Shown in pieces: positions 1 to 12,305 of a DNA stretch of 64,000 nucleotides. The first letter of the stretch is position 1, and each line of letters begins with the position of its first letter. The DNA is from Cyanophora paradoxa CCMP329 (lineage: Eukaryota; Plantae; Glaucophyta): the NCBI GenBank assembly GCA_004431415.1, contig QPMI01000141.1, positions 62,001 to 126,000 on the forward strand, in the 5' to 3' direction. Both the position numbers and the translations under genes were made by a program. The notes below the pieces were generated by a model. The model searched no databases. It saw only the letters and a list, made by a program, of their open reading frames with translations, and had not been told where the DNA came from.

Positions 1-32
1 CCCGCCCGAGGGCCCACGCTGACGCCGCGCAG

Positions 33-1689
33 GCGAAGCGCAAGAAGGACCCGAACGCGCCGCAAGCCGCCCGCACCGCGTTCATGCTCTTCCAGCACGG
101 TGCGCTGCGCTCTCCGAGCCAGCAGCGACCGCCCCGCCCTCGGCCGAGGCGAGCGACGGGCGGCAGAGTACCGTGCGCGGCTGCACGAGGAGGAGCCGGG
201 TGTGCCGTTCGGCGAGCAGGGGAAGCGGACGGGGGCGGCCTGGAAGGCGCTGAACGCGGAGGAGAAGGCGGAGTGGGAGGCTCGGGCGCAGCAGGACAAG
301 CAGCGCTTCGATCAGGAGTGGGCCGAGTACAAGGAGCAGCATCCCGAGGCGGCGGAGGCCGCCGAGGCGCTCAAGGCTAGCGCCAAGCGGGTGCGCCGGC
401 CCCGCCCCGCGCGCCGCCGGCGCCTCCGAGCGTGCGCGCAGGCGCGGTCGGCGGGGAAGCTGAAGAAGGGCGCTGCGGCGGCGGCGGCGAAGGCGGCTGC
501 GGCGGACGACGAGCGGGACGAGCTGGAGGACGACGAGGAGGAGGGGCCGGCCGCCGGGCGCCCGGCGGCGGGGGCGGCGGAGGGCGAGGAGGGGGAGGGG
601 GAGGCGGTGTGGGAGGACGAGGAGGCGGCCGGCGGCTTCATGAACCCAGAGGCCGACGCGGGCGAGGAGGAGGACGAGGAGGAGCAGGAGGAGGCGCGCG
701 CCGCTTCGCCCCGCCCCTTGCGCCTCGCCCCGCGCCTGCCCAGCGCTGAGCGCCCCGCCGCAGGCCGCCCCGCCGGCGAAGCCCGCAGGCCGCCTGGTCA
801 CGCCGGCGATGCGCAGCAAGCAGCAGCAGCAGCAGCGGGTGCGCCCGCCCGTTGGGCGCCCCTGCGCTGGGCCGTGGCCGACCGAAGCGCGCAGGACTCA
901 GGGGAGAGCCGGCAGTCGACCGCGAAGAGCGCCGTCGTGTCCCTCGTGCGCCCCGCCGCGCCGCCCGCGGGCGGGGTCCGGGCGACGTCGACGTCGACGC
1001 GCGCCGCAGGAGAGCGACGAGGAGGGCGCGGGCGAGGGTGAGGAGGAGGAGGAGGACGGGGAGGGGGAAGAGCGGCGGCGGGCGGCGCAGCGGGAGGAAG
1101 AGGAGCGGAAGCAGAAGGCGGCGCAGGAGCGGCGGCGGCAGGAGGAGGCGGAGCGCCAGCGCCGCGAGAAGGAGAAGGAGAAGGAGGAGCAGGACAGGAA
1201 GCGCAAGGCAGCCGCCGCGCAGAAGCAGGCCGCCGAGCCGCCCCGCAGGGAGGCCGGGCAGGCCGCCCCCGGCCCCGCCCCCGCCCCCTCCTCCTCCACC
1301 GCCAAGAAGCCCCGTCCCAAGTGCCTCCGCCCCCGTACCCCTCCCCGCCCCGCCTGACCCGCGCTCGCAGCCCGCCGGCCGCGCCGCCGCGGGCTGCGCC
1401 GGCGGCGGCCGCGGCGAGCGCGCTGGTGCCCGAGAGCGGGCATCGAATGAACATTCGCGTCACACCCGACACGAAGGTCAGTACCCTTCCATCCCACTAC
1501 CACCGCCCCGCCGCTCTCTTGTTGACACTTCGCACCCCCGGGGCCCAGCTCTGGGTCAGGGGGGACATGCGTCTGGCCCCGGAGGCGCCCGAGGGGCCCG
1601 GCTGGAAGGCGTTCATCATCCCCTGGGGCCCGCGGGGGGAAATCCAGCAGCGGGCCGACGCCTGGGAGGCCATCATCCCCCCCTCCTAG
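33..1689 (+). CDS. HMG-box protein (5' partial, multi-exon) with acidic/charged middle and short C-terminal domain
   Basis: Spliced reading KRKKDPNAPQAARTAFMLFQH|EYRARLHEEEPGVPFGEQGKRTGAAWKALNAEEKAEWEARAQQDKQRFDQEWAEY is a canonical HMG box; last exon ends ...WEAIIPPS*. Confidence 0.85.
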
Positions 1690-2149
1690 CCGCCCGCCGC
1701 CCCGCCCGTGTGCATGCGGCCCGGCCCGCCTCCCGAAATTTGACACCGGAACCAATGAGCGCGGAGGCTGGTTTGATCGGTGGCCCGATGAGACGATGAC
1801 TCTATATATAGCTGGACCGTCTGCCCGTACTCTCCCGCCCCGCCCCTTCGCGCGACAGAGGCCATGACGGGGTGCCAGGCTGCCAGCTCTAAACCCAACG
1901 CCTTTCACGTGCACCGCGCTGCCCAAAAGGCTCACGCCGCGGCCGTGGCACCGTCCACCCTTCTCTCCCCTGCTCACTCTAGATCTTGGTTCACTGCTCA
2001 CCCTCCCTCTCTCTTCTCTTCTCTCCCCACACCTCTTCGCTCCCCGCCGCACTCCGCTGACTAGGACTGTGGCACATTAATTAACGGATTGAGCACCTTG
2101 GGACCGGGGTCACCGGGTTGCTCATCGGAGACCCGTGCTGTTGTCCTGA

Positions 2150-2171
2150 AGATCATCGGATCCGATGATCT
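2150..2171. repeat. Perfect 22-bp palindrome in palindrome-rich intergenic DNA
   Basis: agatcatcggatccgatgatct equals its own reverse complement. Confidence 0.95.
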
Positions 2172-2674
2172 AGACACATCATCGATATCATGATCATGGC
2201 ATGACATGGACGGAAGGGTCTCGCCGAGTCGAACTCTTCGAATTCTTCAAGCCGCTGAAGCTTAGGGCTTTCGATCGATCCCCCGGGCCCCGGGCCCCAT
2301 GGCCACTGGGCCATGCTTGATCGACTCGGCGAATTCGAAGCTTACTAAGTTAAGCCCGATTTCGCCAAGTTGCAGCTGCCAGGCCCTGAGGGCTGATCAT
2401 GATACACTAGTACTGATCATGAGTCAGCGGCGCTTACACGTTCAGACGCGCCGCGATCGCGACCCGACAGTCCTCACGGGCGCGATGCCGCAGTGCGCGA
2501 TCGCGCCGCGCCGCGGCGAATTCGAATTCGAAGCCTTCAAAAAAGGCTTGATCATGATGCCAGAAAACTAATTAAAGCGCTCGCTGCAAATTTTATTACC
2601 CGTAACCCCTAGATGCGCAAGCAAGCGGTTTGAGATTGGCTCAGAGCTTAAGATCTAGAGCTCGGACATCTAGA

Positions 2675-2675
2675 G

Positions 2676-2706
<31 letters not shown>
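2675..2706. repeat. Poly-C tract of about 32 nt
   Basis: Uninterrupted C run. Confidence 0.9.
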
Positions 2707-2708
<2 letters not shown>

Positions 2709-2818
2709 AGCTCCCGGGCGCCTCCGAGGCTCGAATTCGAATTCGTGACACGGCGACTCGAGCTCAGTGATAACTGAGCTCACTGCGGCAGTCAGTCTCT
2801 ACTGCGGTACCCCCTCGT

Positions 2819-4113
2819 TCAGAATTCCCCCGCCTCAAACGCCTCCGCGGCCGAGTCGTCCGACTCCTGTACCCCCGCCTCGTGAGGGGGCGTGGGAGGA
2901 GAGGCCCCGCCCCCCGCACCATGGACCCGACCGGCGCGGCTGCGGCAGCTGCGAGTCCGCCGGTGGCGGCGGAGGGGGCCGACGCGCGCGCCGCCGGCGG
3001 GCGGAAGGTGCCGGCCATGCCTCCTACGTGATACCCCTCGTGCTTCCGCTTTGCACTGCCGGCGCCGCGTCAGGCGACCGAAGCGCCGCGCGGGGCGGGG
3101 CGGGGTGCGGACCTCCCCGAGCCTCGCTCCCGCGCCTTCTGGTTCTTGATCTCCGCGCCGCGGGCTCTGCGGCCGCGCCCGCGTCAGGGGGCTGAGGGTC
3201 CCGCGGGGGTGCGAGAGGGAAGGAAGGGCGGCTCGCTTCTTGTAGCTGCGCAGCGCGTGCGAGAGCAGGCGTGAGGCGGGAAGCGAGGAGGAGGGGCGGG
3301 GCGGGGGGGGGGGGGGGGGGGGGGCGCGGACGCACGCCATGGCGTCGTGGGGCCCGGACTCGATGGGGACGCCCTCGAAGAGCCAGGCGCGGAGGGCGGC
3401 GCGCTGCTGCGGCGAGTGCAGCGAGCAGTTCTTCGTGTTCGCGCACAGCTTCCCTGAGCAAGGCGTCAGAGGAGGAGGCCGGGGCGGAGGCGGAGGCGGA
3501 GGGGGCGGGGGGCGGCTCGCCTGTGGCGGCGGACATGACGCCGCAGTAGCGCTCGAGGACGACGCGGAGCTTGCGGATGAGGCCCTCGGGGAGGCCCGAG
3601 GCCGCCGCCGCCGCCGACTCGTCGGGCGCCCCCGGGCCCGCCGGCACCACCAGCGCGAAGCTCGCGATGATCGTGTCCGCCGCTGCGCCGCCCCCCCGGA
3701 GGAGGGGGAGGGGGGTCAGGCCCCCGCAAAGGGCCGGGGAGCGTCGCGGGCTCGCTGCGCGGCGGGCGCGGCGCACAGGCCTCGAGCATGGAGGGGGTGA
3801 CCGAGGCCGGCGTGACGGGCGGCGGCTTCCCCTTCCGCAGCGCCGCCGCCGCCGCCGCCGCAGCCGCGGCCGCCGCCCCGCCGCGGCTCCCCGCCCCGCC
3901 CCCGGCCCTGGGGTACCTGCGCAGCGCCGCTCGAACGGGGTACGGGGAATGGGGGCGGAGAGGTACACACGCGGAAGGTTCGCTGAGGTCGTCGGCAGAG
4001 GCGCCGTCGCCGCCCTCCTGCGGCCCCCGCGCGCTCAGCCCCGGCCCTCCGCCCGAGCGGTCGGGTGGAGCACTAGCGCGGGGTTGGGGGCGAGCTAGAG
4101 GGCCAACGAGCAA
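2819..4113 (-). CDS. Hypothetical multi-exon protein (boundaries uncertain)
   Basis: Coding-like segments such as ADTIIASFALVVP, GLIRKLRVVLERYCG, LRAWLFEGVPIESG and LLSHALRSYKK are separated by C-rich intron-like stretches; no family recognised. Confidence 0.4.
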
Positions 4114-4171
4114 GATTCGAGGCGATGCCAGATCTTAAGATCGGAGGGCGCTTCCACCGCTCGGCGCTCTC

Positions 4172-5644
4172 TCAGCCGGGGCGCCAAGGCCCGGCCGTCG
4201 CCCCCGGGGCGGAAGCAAAGCTTTGGAGCGTGGAGGGGCGGGCGCACGAGGTCGGAGGAGGCGAGGGACTCGCGGGCGCGCTCCTTCGCCAGCCGGGACG
4301 CCCCCCGGCCCCCGACCTGCCCCGCCCCCGCCCGTCAGCGCCCGCTGAGCGGAGGGATAGGGCGAGGGCGGGGCGGAGCGAGGGAGTGCGCACCAGGAGG
4401 CACTTCTCGAGGTGGGGGGCGAGGCGCGAGGCGACGACGGGCCGGCGGCACACCGCGCACTCCAGCGGCTCCGCCGGCGCCCCCGCCCGGTTCCCGAAGA
4501 TGTCGCCCCCGGGCCCCCGCAGCGGCGGCAGGCTCGCCGGCGGCCCCGCCCCCGCCTCCACCTGCCCGCACTGCGCCGCGGGCGAGGAGCGGGCTCAGGC
4601 GGGGCGCGCCCAACCGGGGGCGGGGCGGGGCGGGGCGGGGGCGGGGGCACCTGGGGGCACCAGGCGCCGGTGCGGGCCTCGCGGTGGGCCTCGAAGGCGA
4701 CGTCCTCGCAGGCCTCCTCGAGCAGCTCGCCGAGCGCCTCCACCGCCAGCGCCGCCTGCACGCACCCGTGCCCCGCGGGGGCGTCCGGCCCCAGCTCCTC
4801 CAGCAGCCGCCGCCCGTGCGCCAGCCCCGCCAGCAGCGCCGCCAGCGCGTCCCGCCGCCCCCGCGCCTCCCCAGCTCCCGCTCCGCCCGCTGCCTCTCGG
4901 GTCCACCCCCGCGCCCCCGCCCCGCCCCGCCCCCGCCGCCGCCGCCGCTGCTGCTGCCGCCGCCTCCGCCCGCGCCCGCGCCGCCGCGGCTTTCGCCGCC
5001 GATATCGCCGCAGCGCCGCTCAGCGGTCGCTTGAAGGGAATACCGAGCCTGGCGGGGGCGTGAGGGGCGGGGCGCGGGCGGGCCGGGGGCGGCTAGGGGG
5101 GTACGAGCGCACTCGGTCTTGGATGCGGGGCGGTCCTTGCGCTTCTTGCCGGGGCTCGCGTAGGGGGACATGGGGGTGGTGGGGGTGACGGGGGCCGGGG
5201 GGAAGGCGGGGGGAGGTGGCGGGGGCAGGCCGGCGCCCGAGGGGGTCGTCGGTTCCGATGCGGACGCGGGGCTCACGCCGCCGGACTCGAGCCCCGCTAG
5301 CGCGGCCAGCTCGGATCGCTTCAGGAACTTGCCTGCGCGGGTCCGGCGTGAGCGGCGAGCGCGGAAGGGTCCTGCAGACCCAGCGAACCATCCGGCGAGC
5401 GCCGCGGGAGCCCCTGAATCGCCCCGCCCCGCCGCGGGGAGCTGCCTGCCGAGAGCGGGCCGGCCTCTGATGGCGTGAGGATCGGTGGCAGCCCCGCGGA
5501 CGAATATCCTTCGCCCCACGCGCGCTGCAGCTTGGCGGGGCGCCCGCCTCGCCCGCCGCGCCCGCCGCGGCCTCCACGATACGACGATGCGCCGAATACA
5601 TCGTCGTCGTCTGTGCTAGCATTGTCTGAGCTATAGCTATACAT
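4172..5644 (-). CDS. SGF11: SAGA deubiquitination-module subunit Sgf11/ATXN7L3-like protein (5' extent uncertain)
   Basis: LLEEACEDVAFEAHR helix, DIFG, and zinc finger ECAVCRRPVVASRLAPHLEKC match the Sgf11 signature CxxCxR...SRxAxHLEKC; exons from ATG 5644 may belong to this gene or a separate one. Confidence 0.7.
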
Positions 5645-5967
5645 CTCTGCTGCTGCCCGGGGCTGGCCGCCAGCGCTCGCGCTGCAGATTCGAAGCTGCC
5701 GCCACCCGGGCTATAGGCTGGGCTCTCCTCAACAAGATCTGCTCTTCCCGCATGCGCCAACGACTCGAAAACGCTGCGGGCGGAGCTGCGCGCGTGAGCG
5801 GGGAGATTTCGAACGGGTTGCGGGCGGGTCCGACCTCGGTGCTTCAATAGCGTATTTGGATGGCTGCCTGGCGTTTTCGAAGACGCGCGCGTGTCGTGCG
5901 TGCCTCCTCTGCGAGTCGAGGGTCTTTCACCGGGTACAGGATTCTTCTCTGCCATCTTCGAGCAGCG

Positions 5968-7061
5968 ATGGATTTCGTGCCTCAGACGACCGACGCGGAC
6001 GATGCGGACGAGGAGCTCATCGCGCGGGAGAAGGAATACCCCGCGCCGCGCTGGCAGGTGCGCTGACCTCCTCAAGACCCGCGAGCCCGCCGTGCCTCGC
6101 GCGAAGGCGAGCGTTTGACGGGAATGATCGCGCAAGCAGGCTCACGCCGGCGCGCCGGCCCCCTCGGGCGTGCGTACGCTCGTCGTTGGTATCCGAGGCC
6201 TCGGGGCGTGCGCCCTCCACGCGGCGCTGAGCGGCCTGCACCTGGAGCTGCGGGCGGACATCGTCATTCCAGATCAGCAACCGCCGGTACGCCGTCATCC
6301 CCGAACGGGCGGCCTGCGGTCCGGCCATTGACCGCAGCCACGCCAGGCGCACACGGGGGTGGTGCCGAGGATGGCGCGGGAGACGTGCTGCGCGGTGTGC
6401 GCCTCGCCAGAGGTTCCGGAGGCGCTCTTCGTCTTCGCTCAGGGCCCTGTGCCCGAGGAGCGCGCTGGCGCCTGGGCCCGCCTCCTCCTCGAGCACACCG
6501 GCGCCGAGCGGCGCGCGACGCCTGCCCCGCTCGCGCGCGTGCGTGCGCGCGCCTCATGGATCTCGAACGCAGCGTGCTCGTTCTGGACGGGATCGCGGAG
6601 GGGCAGTACCGCTGCGAGGACCGGGACGCGGCGCAGCCGCCCCTGCTCCGGCACCTCGCCTCCTCCAAGCATTACGCGCGCCCCGTACCCCCCAAATCTC
6701 TCGTACCCCCTCCGACGCTTTCTCGCGCAGGAGGGCGAGCTCGCGCGGGCGGGCCTCGCGCCGCTGGAGCCGCCCAACTGCGCCGAGCGCGCCACCGCCG
6801 CCCTCCTCCAGCGGGTACCCCCCTCCCCCCCCCCCCCCCCCCCTCCAGAATCCCTTACCCCCTTCGCAGTGCGAGGCGTCGGGGCGGGCGTGCGCGGCGG
6901 TGCTGTCGCTGCAGGACCGCACGGGCCCCGGCGCCGCAAGCGCGGGGGCCCTCCTGGCGCCCCTAAGGGCCCTCCTGCCCGCCCTCCCCGCACCCAAGCC
7001 CGGCGCCCTCGCCACGGCCCTCGCCGGCCTCGGCCCCGTCTCCAGCCCCGTCTACCTCTAA
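5968..7061 (+). CDS. PSMG1: Proteasome assembly chaperone 1 (PAC1/PSMG1-like)
   Basis: Acidic N-terminus (MDFVPQTTDADDADEE), PLEPPNCAERATAALLQRCE motif and C-terminal HbYX tripeptide VYL*. Confidence 0.7.
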
Positions 7062-7138
7062 TGTATAATCGCCCCGACATATTCAGCAATACATAATTTA
7101 GATGCCGTCTCTCCTTCACAGTGAAGCGGGGGCGGGGG

Positions 7139-7900
7139 CTAGGCGGGGGCGGAGGGGACGCCCCCCGGGGCGAGGCGGTCGAGGAGGGCGGCGAACTGGG
7201 GCCCGAGCCGCTGCACCGCCGCCAGCGCCTCGTCGCACGCCTGCGGCCACCCGCCCCGCCCCGCGCCCCGCTGGCCTTTGGCGCCGGCGCCGGGGCCGGC
7301 GCCGGGGCGGGCGGGGCGGGGCGGGCGGGGCGGCGGCGGGGGCGGCGAGGGTCTCGGCGAGGGCGCGCAGGCCGAGGAGCTCGGCCTCCGCCGGCGAGAC
7401 CCGCAGCTGCCCCGCCACTGCCACCGCGTCAGCTGCGCCACTGCCATGCAACGCCCGGAAGGGGAGAAGTGGGAGGGTACCGGCGAGGGCGACCTGGGGC
7501 CCGAAGCGGTCGCGGGCGTCGGGCGCGGCGCTCGTCTGAGCGTTCTCCTCCACCGTCTGCTCAGATCAGATCAGATCAGATCATATATCGTCTCTCGCGT
7601 TTGCCGAGTTACTGAGCTACATTCGCGCGCCGCACGCGCGCACCTGGGGCGGGAGGCTGCGGCGCCGCTGGCTCGCCGACCGCTCCAGTGTTGCCGGGGC
7701 CGGGGCCGGGGCCGGCGCCGGCATCGCGATCGCTGCCGGGCGGGGCCTCAGAGGACGGGGGTAGAGGATGGCTGGGATCGGGGTCTGGGGGGTACCGGGT
7801 GCGAGGACGTCCTCTTGGAAGATGCGGCGGCGGAGGAACGCGACGGGGAAGCTCTTGCCGCCCCCGTCCCCTGCGCAGGGCCTCGCGTCTGGCCATCGGC
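7139..7900 (-). CDS. Small hypothetical protein
   Basis: Coding-like MEENAQTSAAPDARDRFGPQ...AELLGLRALAETL and DEALAAVQRLGPQFAALLDRL; no family recognised. Confidence 0.3.
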
Positions 7901-8000
7901 GGCCGCGGGCCGCGAGGAGGGGCGGGGAGGGGGTGCTCGACCGCGCGGCTCTAGCTATTCACGTAAATGATGGTGTTTCAGCTTAGTGCAATCCAGGCTC

Positions 8001-10051
8001 TTAGCCTGGGCTCGCGGGGGCCGGACCGCTCGGGGGGTCGAGGATGTCGAGGAGGCGGGCGAGGTGCCACTGGACGACGAGCGCGCGCGCCCCGTACCGC
8101 CCGAAGTCCGGCTGCTGCGCCCCGGCCCCGCCCCGCCCGCCGCCTCGGCACAGGGCGGGGCGGAGGGGGCGAGCGCGAGCGCGTGCACCGTGGACATGCG
8201 GAGGATGTCGTCTGCGGCGGAGCGGGGCGGGCGGGCGGGGCGCGGGGGGATCGGCGGAGGCGGAGGGCGGGGCGGGGGCCGGGGCCGGGCCGGGGCGCGC
8301 ACCCTTGAGCTTCCAGGCGGCGTTCTCGAACTCGGCGCGCGCCGCCTCCGAGCTCGCCCGCGCCCCGACGCCCGGCCCCGGCCCCGGGGTGGGGCGCGGG
8401 CCCCGGGGCCCCGCCACGGGGCCCGGGGCGAGGGCGGGCCCGCCGATGAGGTCCACGAAGTCGAGGTACGAGATCGTCGTCAGGCCCGCCTGCGATCCCG
8501 TCAGCCGGAGCCGGAGCGACCTCTTCGCTCTCTTCTTCTTCAAGGGCGGGCCTCGGGGCTGTTGCCGCGGGAGCCGCGGAGGGGCACGCCCCGCAGCTGC
8601 GCCTCCTCCGCCGTCGCGGGGGCCACCATCAGCTCCCCCAGCAGCCGCTGCTCCCCTGCCCCGCCCTCAGGTGGGATGGGGGGGGGGGGAAGGGGGGCGG
8701 GGTACCCTTGTAGAGCTTGAGGACGTCGAGGAGCGGGGGCGGGGGCGGGTCGGGCCCCCGCTCGGGCGCCCCCTTCTCCCGCGGCGCCTGCCGCCCCCCC
8801 GCGAGCTCAGCGCGAGCGAGCAGCGGAGGGAAAGCGGAGGGGCGGGGCGCCTGGGGCAGGTGGACGCGGCGCTTGAGCTCCTCGCCCATCCGCAGCGCCC
8901 GCTGGGCCCCCGGCCCGAAGCCGAAGAGCTCCTGCGCGGGCCCCCCGGCTCAGCGCGGGTACCGGGCGCGGGCCTCCGAGAGGGCGCGCCCTGAGCTTCT
9001 TGGCGGCGATCTCCTCCTTCGCCTTGTCCTGCCCCCCGGCTCCCCACGTTCGAGACGAAGACCCATCCCAGAGGCGGGGCGGGGCGGGGCGGGGGGTACG
9101 ATGATGCGGGCGAGCTCGGCGCGGTTGAGGGGCCGGGGCGCGCCCTCCGCCGGCCGCCTCCGCGCCCCGATCTCCTCCGCCAGCAGCCGTACCAGCTCCT
9201 CCACTGCGCACGAAGGTTAGGGGGTGGGGCGGGGTGGGGGGTACGTCGAGCGGGCGGGGGCGCGGACCGTAGGCGACCTGGATGGGGTGCGGCCAGGAGG
9301 GCTTGGAATCGGGGTACCACGATGCCGGGAGGTCCACCCCCCGGGCGCTCGTCGCGAGGCAGTTTCGCCACTGCTGCGTCATGTAGTCCGCCAGCTGGCG
9401 TACCCCAGGTCCCGTCAGCAGCGGCCGGCTCGTCGGCTCGCTGAGTTAGAGGGGGGTACCGCTTGGTCTAGGAGGTCGGACAGCCGCTTCCCTGCGGCGG
9501 CGCGGCGCGGCGCGGCGCGCGCCGTAAGCGAGAGCGCGATCGCGGCGCGGAGGCGCGGCCCGGCTCGCACCTGGCTCAGAGGAGAACGCGCCGACGATCT
9601 GCAGGGCGGGCGCTCGATCGTGAGGGCCGCAGGGGTACGACAAAGCCGGAGGGGTACGGGAAGGGAGCGGAGCGCACGTCCTGCTGGGCGGACCGCACGT
9701 GCGCCGCCTCCTGCCGCTTCCGGTACCGCAGCAGGTTCTGCGGGGGGTACCGGTCGGCTGAGGTGGGGGGGGGGCGACGGAAGGAAGGGGGGTAGAGGGA
9801 CCTCGAGCTCCTCGATGGACTCGCTCTCCTCGTCCTCGAGCTCGCCGGCCCCGCGCCCCGCGCCCCCGCCCCCGCCTCCCGCCGGGCCGGCCCCCACGCC
9901 CGGGTGGACGCTGGGGCCGCGGCCCCCTCTGAAGATCGAGGCGACGGTCCGCCAGCCGGAGCCGGGCGCGGGCCCCGACCCCCGACTCGCCAGCTCCGCC
10001 CGCTTCGCCTGCCGGGATCCGCGCCGCCGCCTTCAGCTTGGCGGAGGGCAC
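8001..10051 (-). CDS. Hypothetical multi-exon protein
   Basis: ATG 10051 (MPSAKLKAAAR); exon-like segments VRQLADYMTQQWRNCL, VEELVRLLAEEI, TTISYLDFVDLIGG and ALVVQWHLARLLDIL separated by introns. Confidence 0.5.
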
Positions 10052-10539
10052 TTAAGATAGGGCGGAGCTCGAGGACGCTCGAATTGACGGAACGCGACCG
10101 GTACTAGAACCAACGGCACTTTGAAACTCGCCTAGAATTCGAAACAACTAGAGTCGCGCCTAGCAGCTCAACGTACAAATCGAGGCGAGATGCCTTTAGA
10201 ATTAGCAACTTCGCCCGAGTTCTCATCTAACTTCATCTATAATGGGCAACGTCTGACGATCGAACTTCGATCTAAAAAACGGTGCCGAGGGTCTAAACCG
10301 GACAGCGAGGGCGCCGGCGGGCCGCCTCAAGGGGATCTAGGGTCTTATACGATTCGGAAACGAAATGCAATGCCAGGAAGCGCGTGATGTTAGAGACGAG
10401 GATCGTAGAGTGAGTGCATAGACGCGCGGGAGTGCGGAACTGGCCTCTTTCCCCCGCCCCGCCCCTCTAAAAAGGTTCTAGAGGGCGGGGGGGGGGGGGG
10501 GGGGGGGGGGGGGAAGGGGGGCGGGGCGGGGGCGGGGGG

Positions 10540-11344
10540 GCGGGCCTTGGCGTCGGGAGGTCGGTGACGTCCCGCACGGACTTCGCCCCCAGCAGCGAGT
10601 CTGCGGGAGGCTGAGGCGAGGGCTCCCTGGGCGGGCGGGGCGGGGCGGGGCGGGGCGCACGGGCGGCGGCGTAGTCGCTCACGTCGTCCAGGAACTGGAT
10701 CTCCTGCGCGCGGGGGCGGCGCGGGGCGGGCCGGCGGGGTCAGCCGCCTCGGAGGCGGGGCGGGGCGGGGCGGGGCGGGGCGGGGGCGCGCCCTGCGTAT
10801 GATCTCGAGCTGGCCGAAGAAGTCGCAGAAGAGCCAGAGCGTGTGCGAGACGCTGCAGGGGGCGAAGCCGCGCGAATTGATACGGGGGGAGGAGCAGCGG
10901 GAGCCCGGGGCGCAGCGCTAGGCGCCCTGGGGGCCCGGGGCGGGATCGGGCTGGCCCCCATTTCAAGTGATCCGACCGCACCTGTGCTGGTAGTTCCACA
11001 CCGCCTCCCGAACCTCCCGCGGCAGCGTCGGGTCCTGCTGGTAGTTCCACACCGCCTCCCGAACCTCCCGCGGCAGCGTCGGGTCCTGCTGCGCCCCGAA
11101 GAGCTGCTCCCGGTTCCTGATCTCCGAGCGGACCTGCCCGCCGCCCGGGTCATCGGATCCGACGCCTGCGGCGCGCGCGGCTCGATCTAGATCTGCTCAT
11201 GCGCACCTCCTCGATTCGGAGCTTGAGCGCGTTCTCGCCGCTGGTCTGCTTCGCCCGCATCCACGTGAGGACGCATCCGCTGATTGCAGAGACGGAGATG
11301 CCGACGATCGAGATGACTGCGCATGCGGAGCGCGTTCCCGTCAC
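10540..11344 (-). CDS. Hypothetical protein with N-terminal hydrophobic helix, possibly truncated or a pseudogene
   Basis: Spliced VISIVGISVSAISGCVLTW...|VRSEIRNREQLFG...|SVSHTLWLFCDFFGQLEIIRR|EIQFLD; the 3' end runs into a poly-C tract. Confidence 0.4.
10985..11091. repeat. Exact 51-bp tandem duplication (in frame, QQDPTLPREVREAVWNY x2 on the minus strand)
   Basis: gtagttccacaccgcctcccgaacctcccgcggcagcgtcgggtcctgctg occurs at 10990 and 11041. Confidence 0.95.
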
Positions 11345-11805
11345 CTCTCATCGAACACGCGCTGGATCGAGCGGCACCAGAGCTCACCTAACGACCAGCT
11401 TGTGGAGTCCATGACCGCAAATACCCTCTATCCGAGCCCGCACGCTCGGTTTCGTCGGAAGAAGCAACTTTCAAGTTGAGTGAAACCGAGCTCGAACGCT
11501 CGAACGCTCGGCAACGCCTCCTCGAGCGGCTGGCTGTCGCACTACACTCGCCGAGTCGAAGGATGCGGCTGTCCCGTGAGCTGGGATCGGGCTGGTATAC
11601 GTACGCACAGCTGCGGCTAATTGTGGCGCGCTGGCTCCGGTGCGCTCGCCAGCGCAGCCGGTGCAGTATCAAGCAAGGCGCTACGTCTTTACGAGGCCTA
11701 CAGCTCGCATGCGCAGCGACCCGCAACCTTTCCGAAGTGCGCGGTACCCCAAGCCCGCATACGCACGTGCACCCCCGAATTTGATCTCTCCGGATCCGGA
11801 TCGGA

Positions 11806-12225
11806 TCCACGGTAGCGGACGCGCAATCAAAGTGCGCTGATGCTATGGTGCTGAAGATACGAATTTCATAAAGGAACTCAGGATTTAATTTACGAATTTC
11901 TAGCGCTATAGATTTTTTTTTTTTTAAGATCTACGGTGGGCGTGCCCACTCGTAGTACACAACGAGGATACAAGTCACGGTATCGGGAATCACAGGGATT
12001 CGAAGTACAACGTAGCGGAAACAGCAGGAAACCGAACCCGGGAATCCGGGAGGTCGTAGCACGACCTTATACCACTGCGCTAAAGCGCTATAGATCCATG
12101 GCGCCCCCGGCCAGTTCTCCACGTGCACCGGTACAGTAGCTATAGTGGACGCGCAGTCAAAGCGCGCGCGCTGATGCTTTGGTGCTTGAAATTCCGAATT
12201 CGAAGCTTAAAGATACGCATTTCAT
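11806..12225. repeat. Diverged local direct duplication (11806-11869 vs 12118-12225)
   Basis: Shared core ggacgcgca(a/g)tcaaag...gcgctgatgct(a/t)tggtgct...gaa...agatacg(a/c)atttcat. Confidence 0.8.
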
Positions 12226-12305
12226 GGGTGGCTGAAAATATTGGGTGGCCATGGCAGAGAGCAAGCCGACCGTCGGACATCCGCGGGGCACACCCCGCAT
12301 CGATC

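Noticed and set aside
2070-2770. Cloning-vector polylinker contamination
   Set aside because: No vector backbone, sites are redundant and overlapping, and the same texture recurs in many spacers
10985-11091. CRISPR-like repeat
   Set aside because: Two adjacent copies with no spacer; a simple in-frame tandem duplication in a eukaryotic exon
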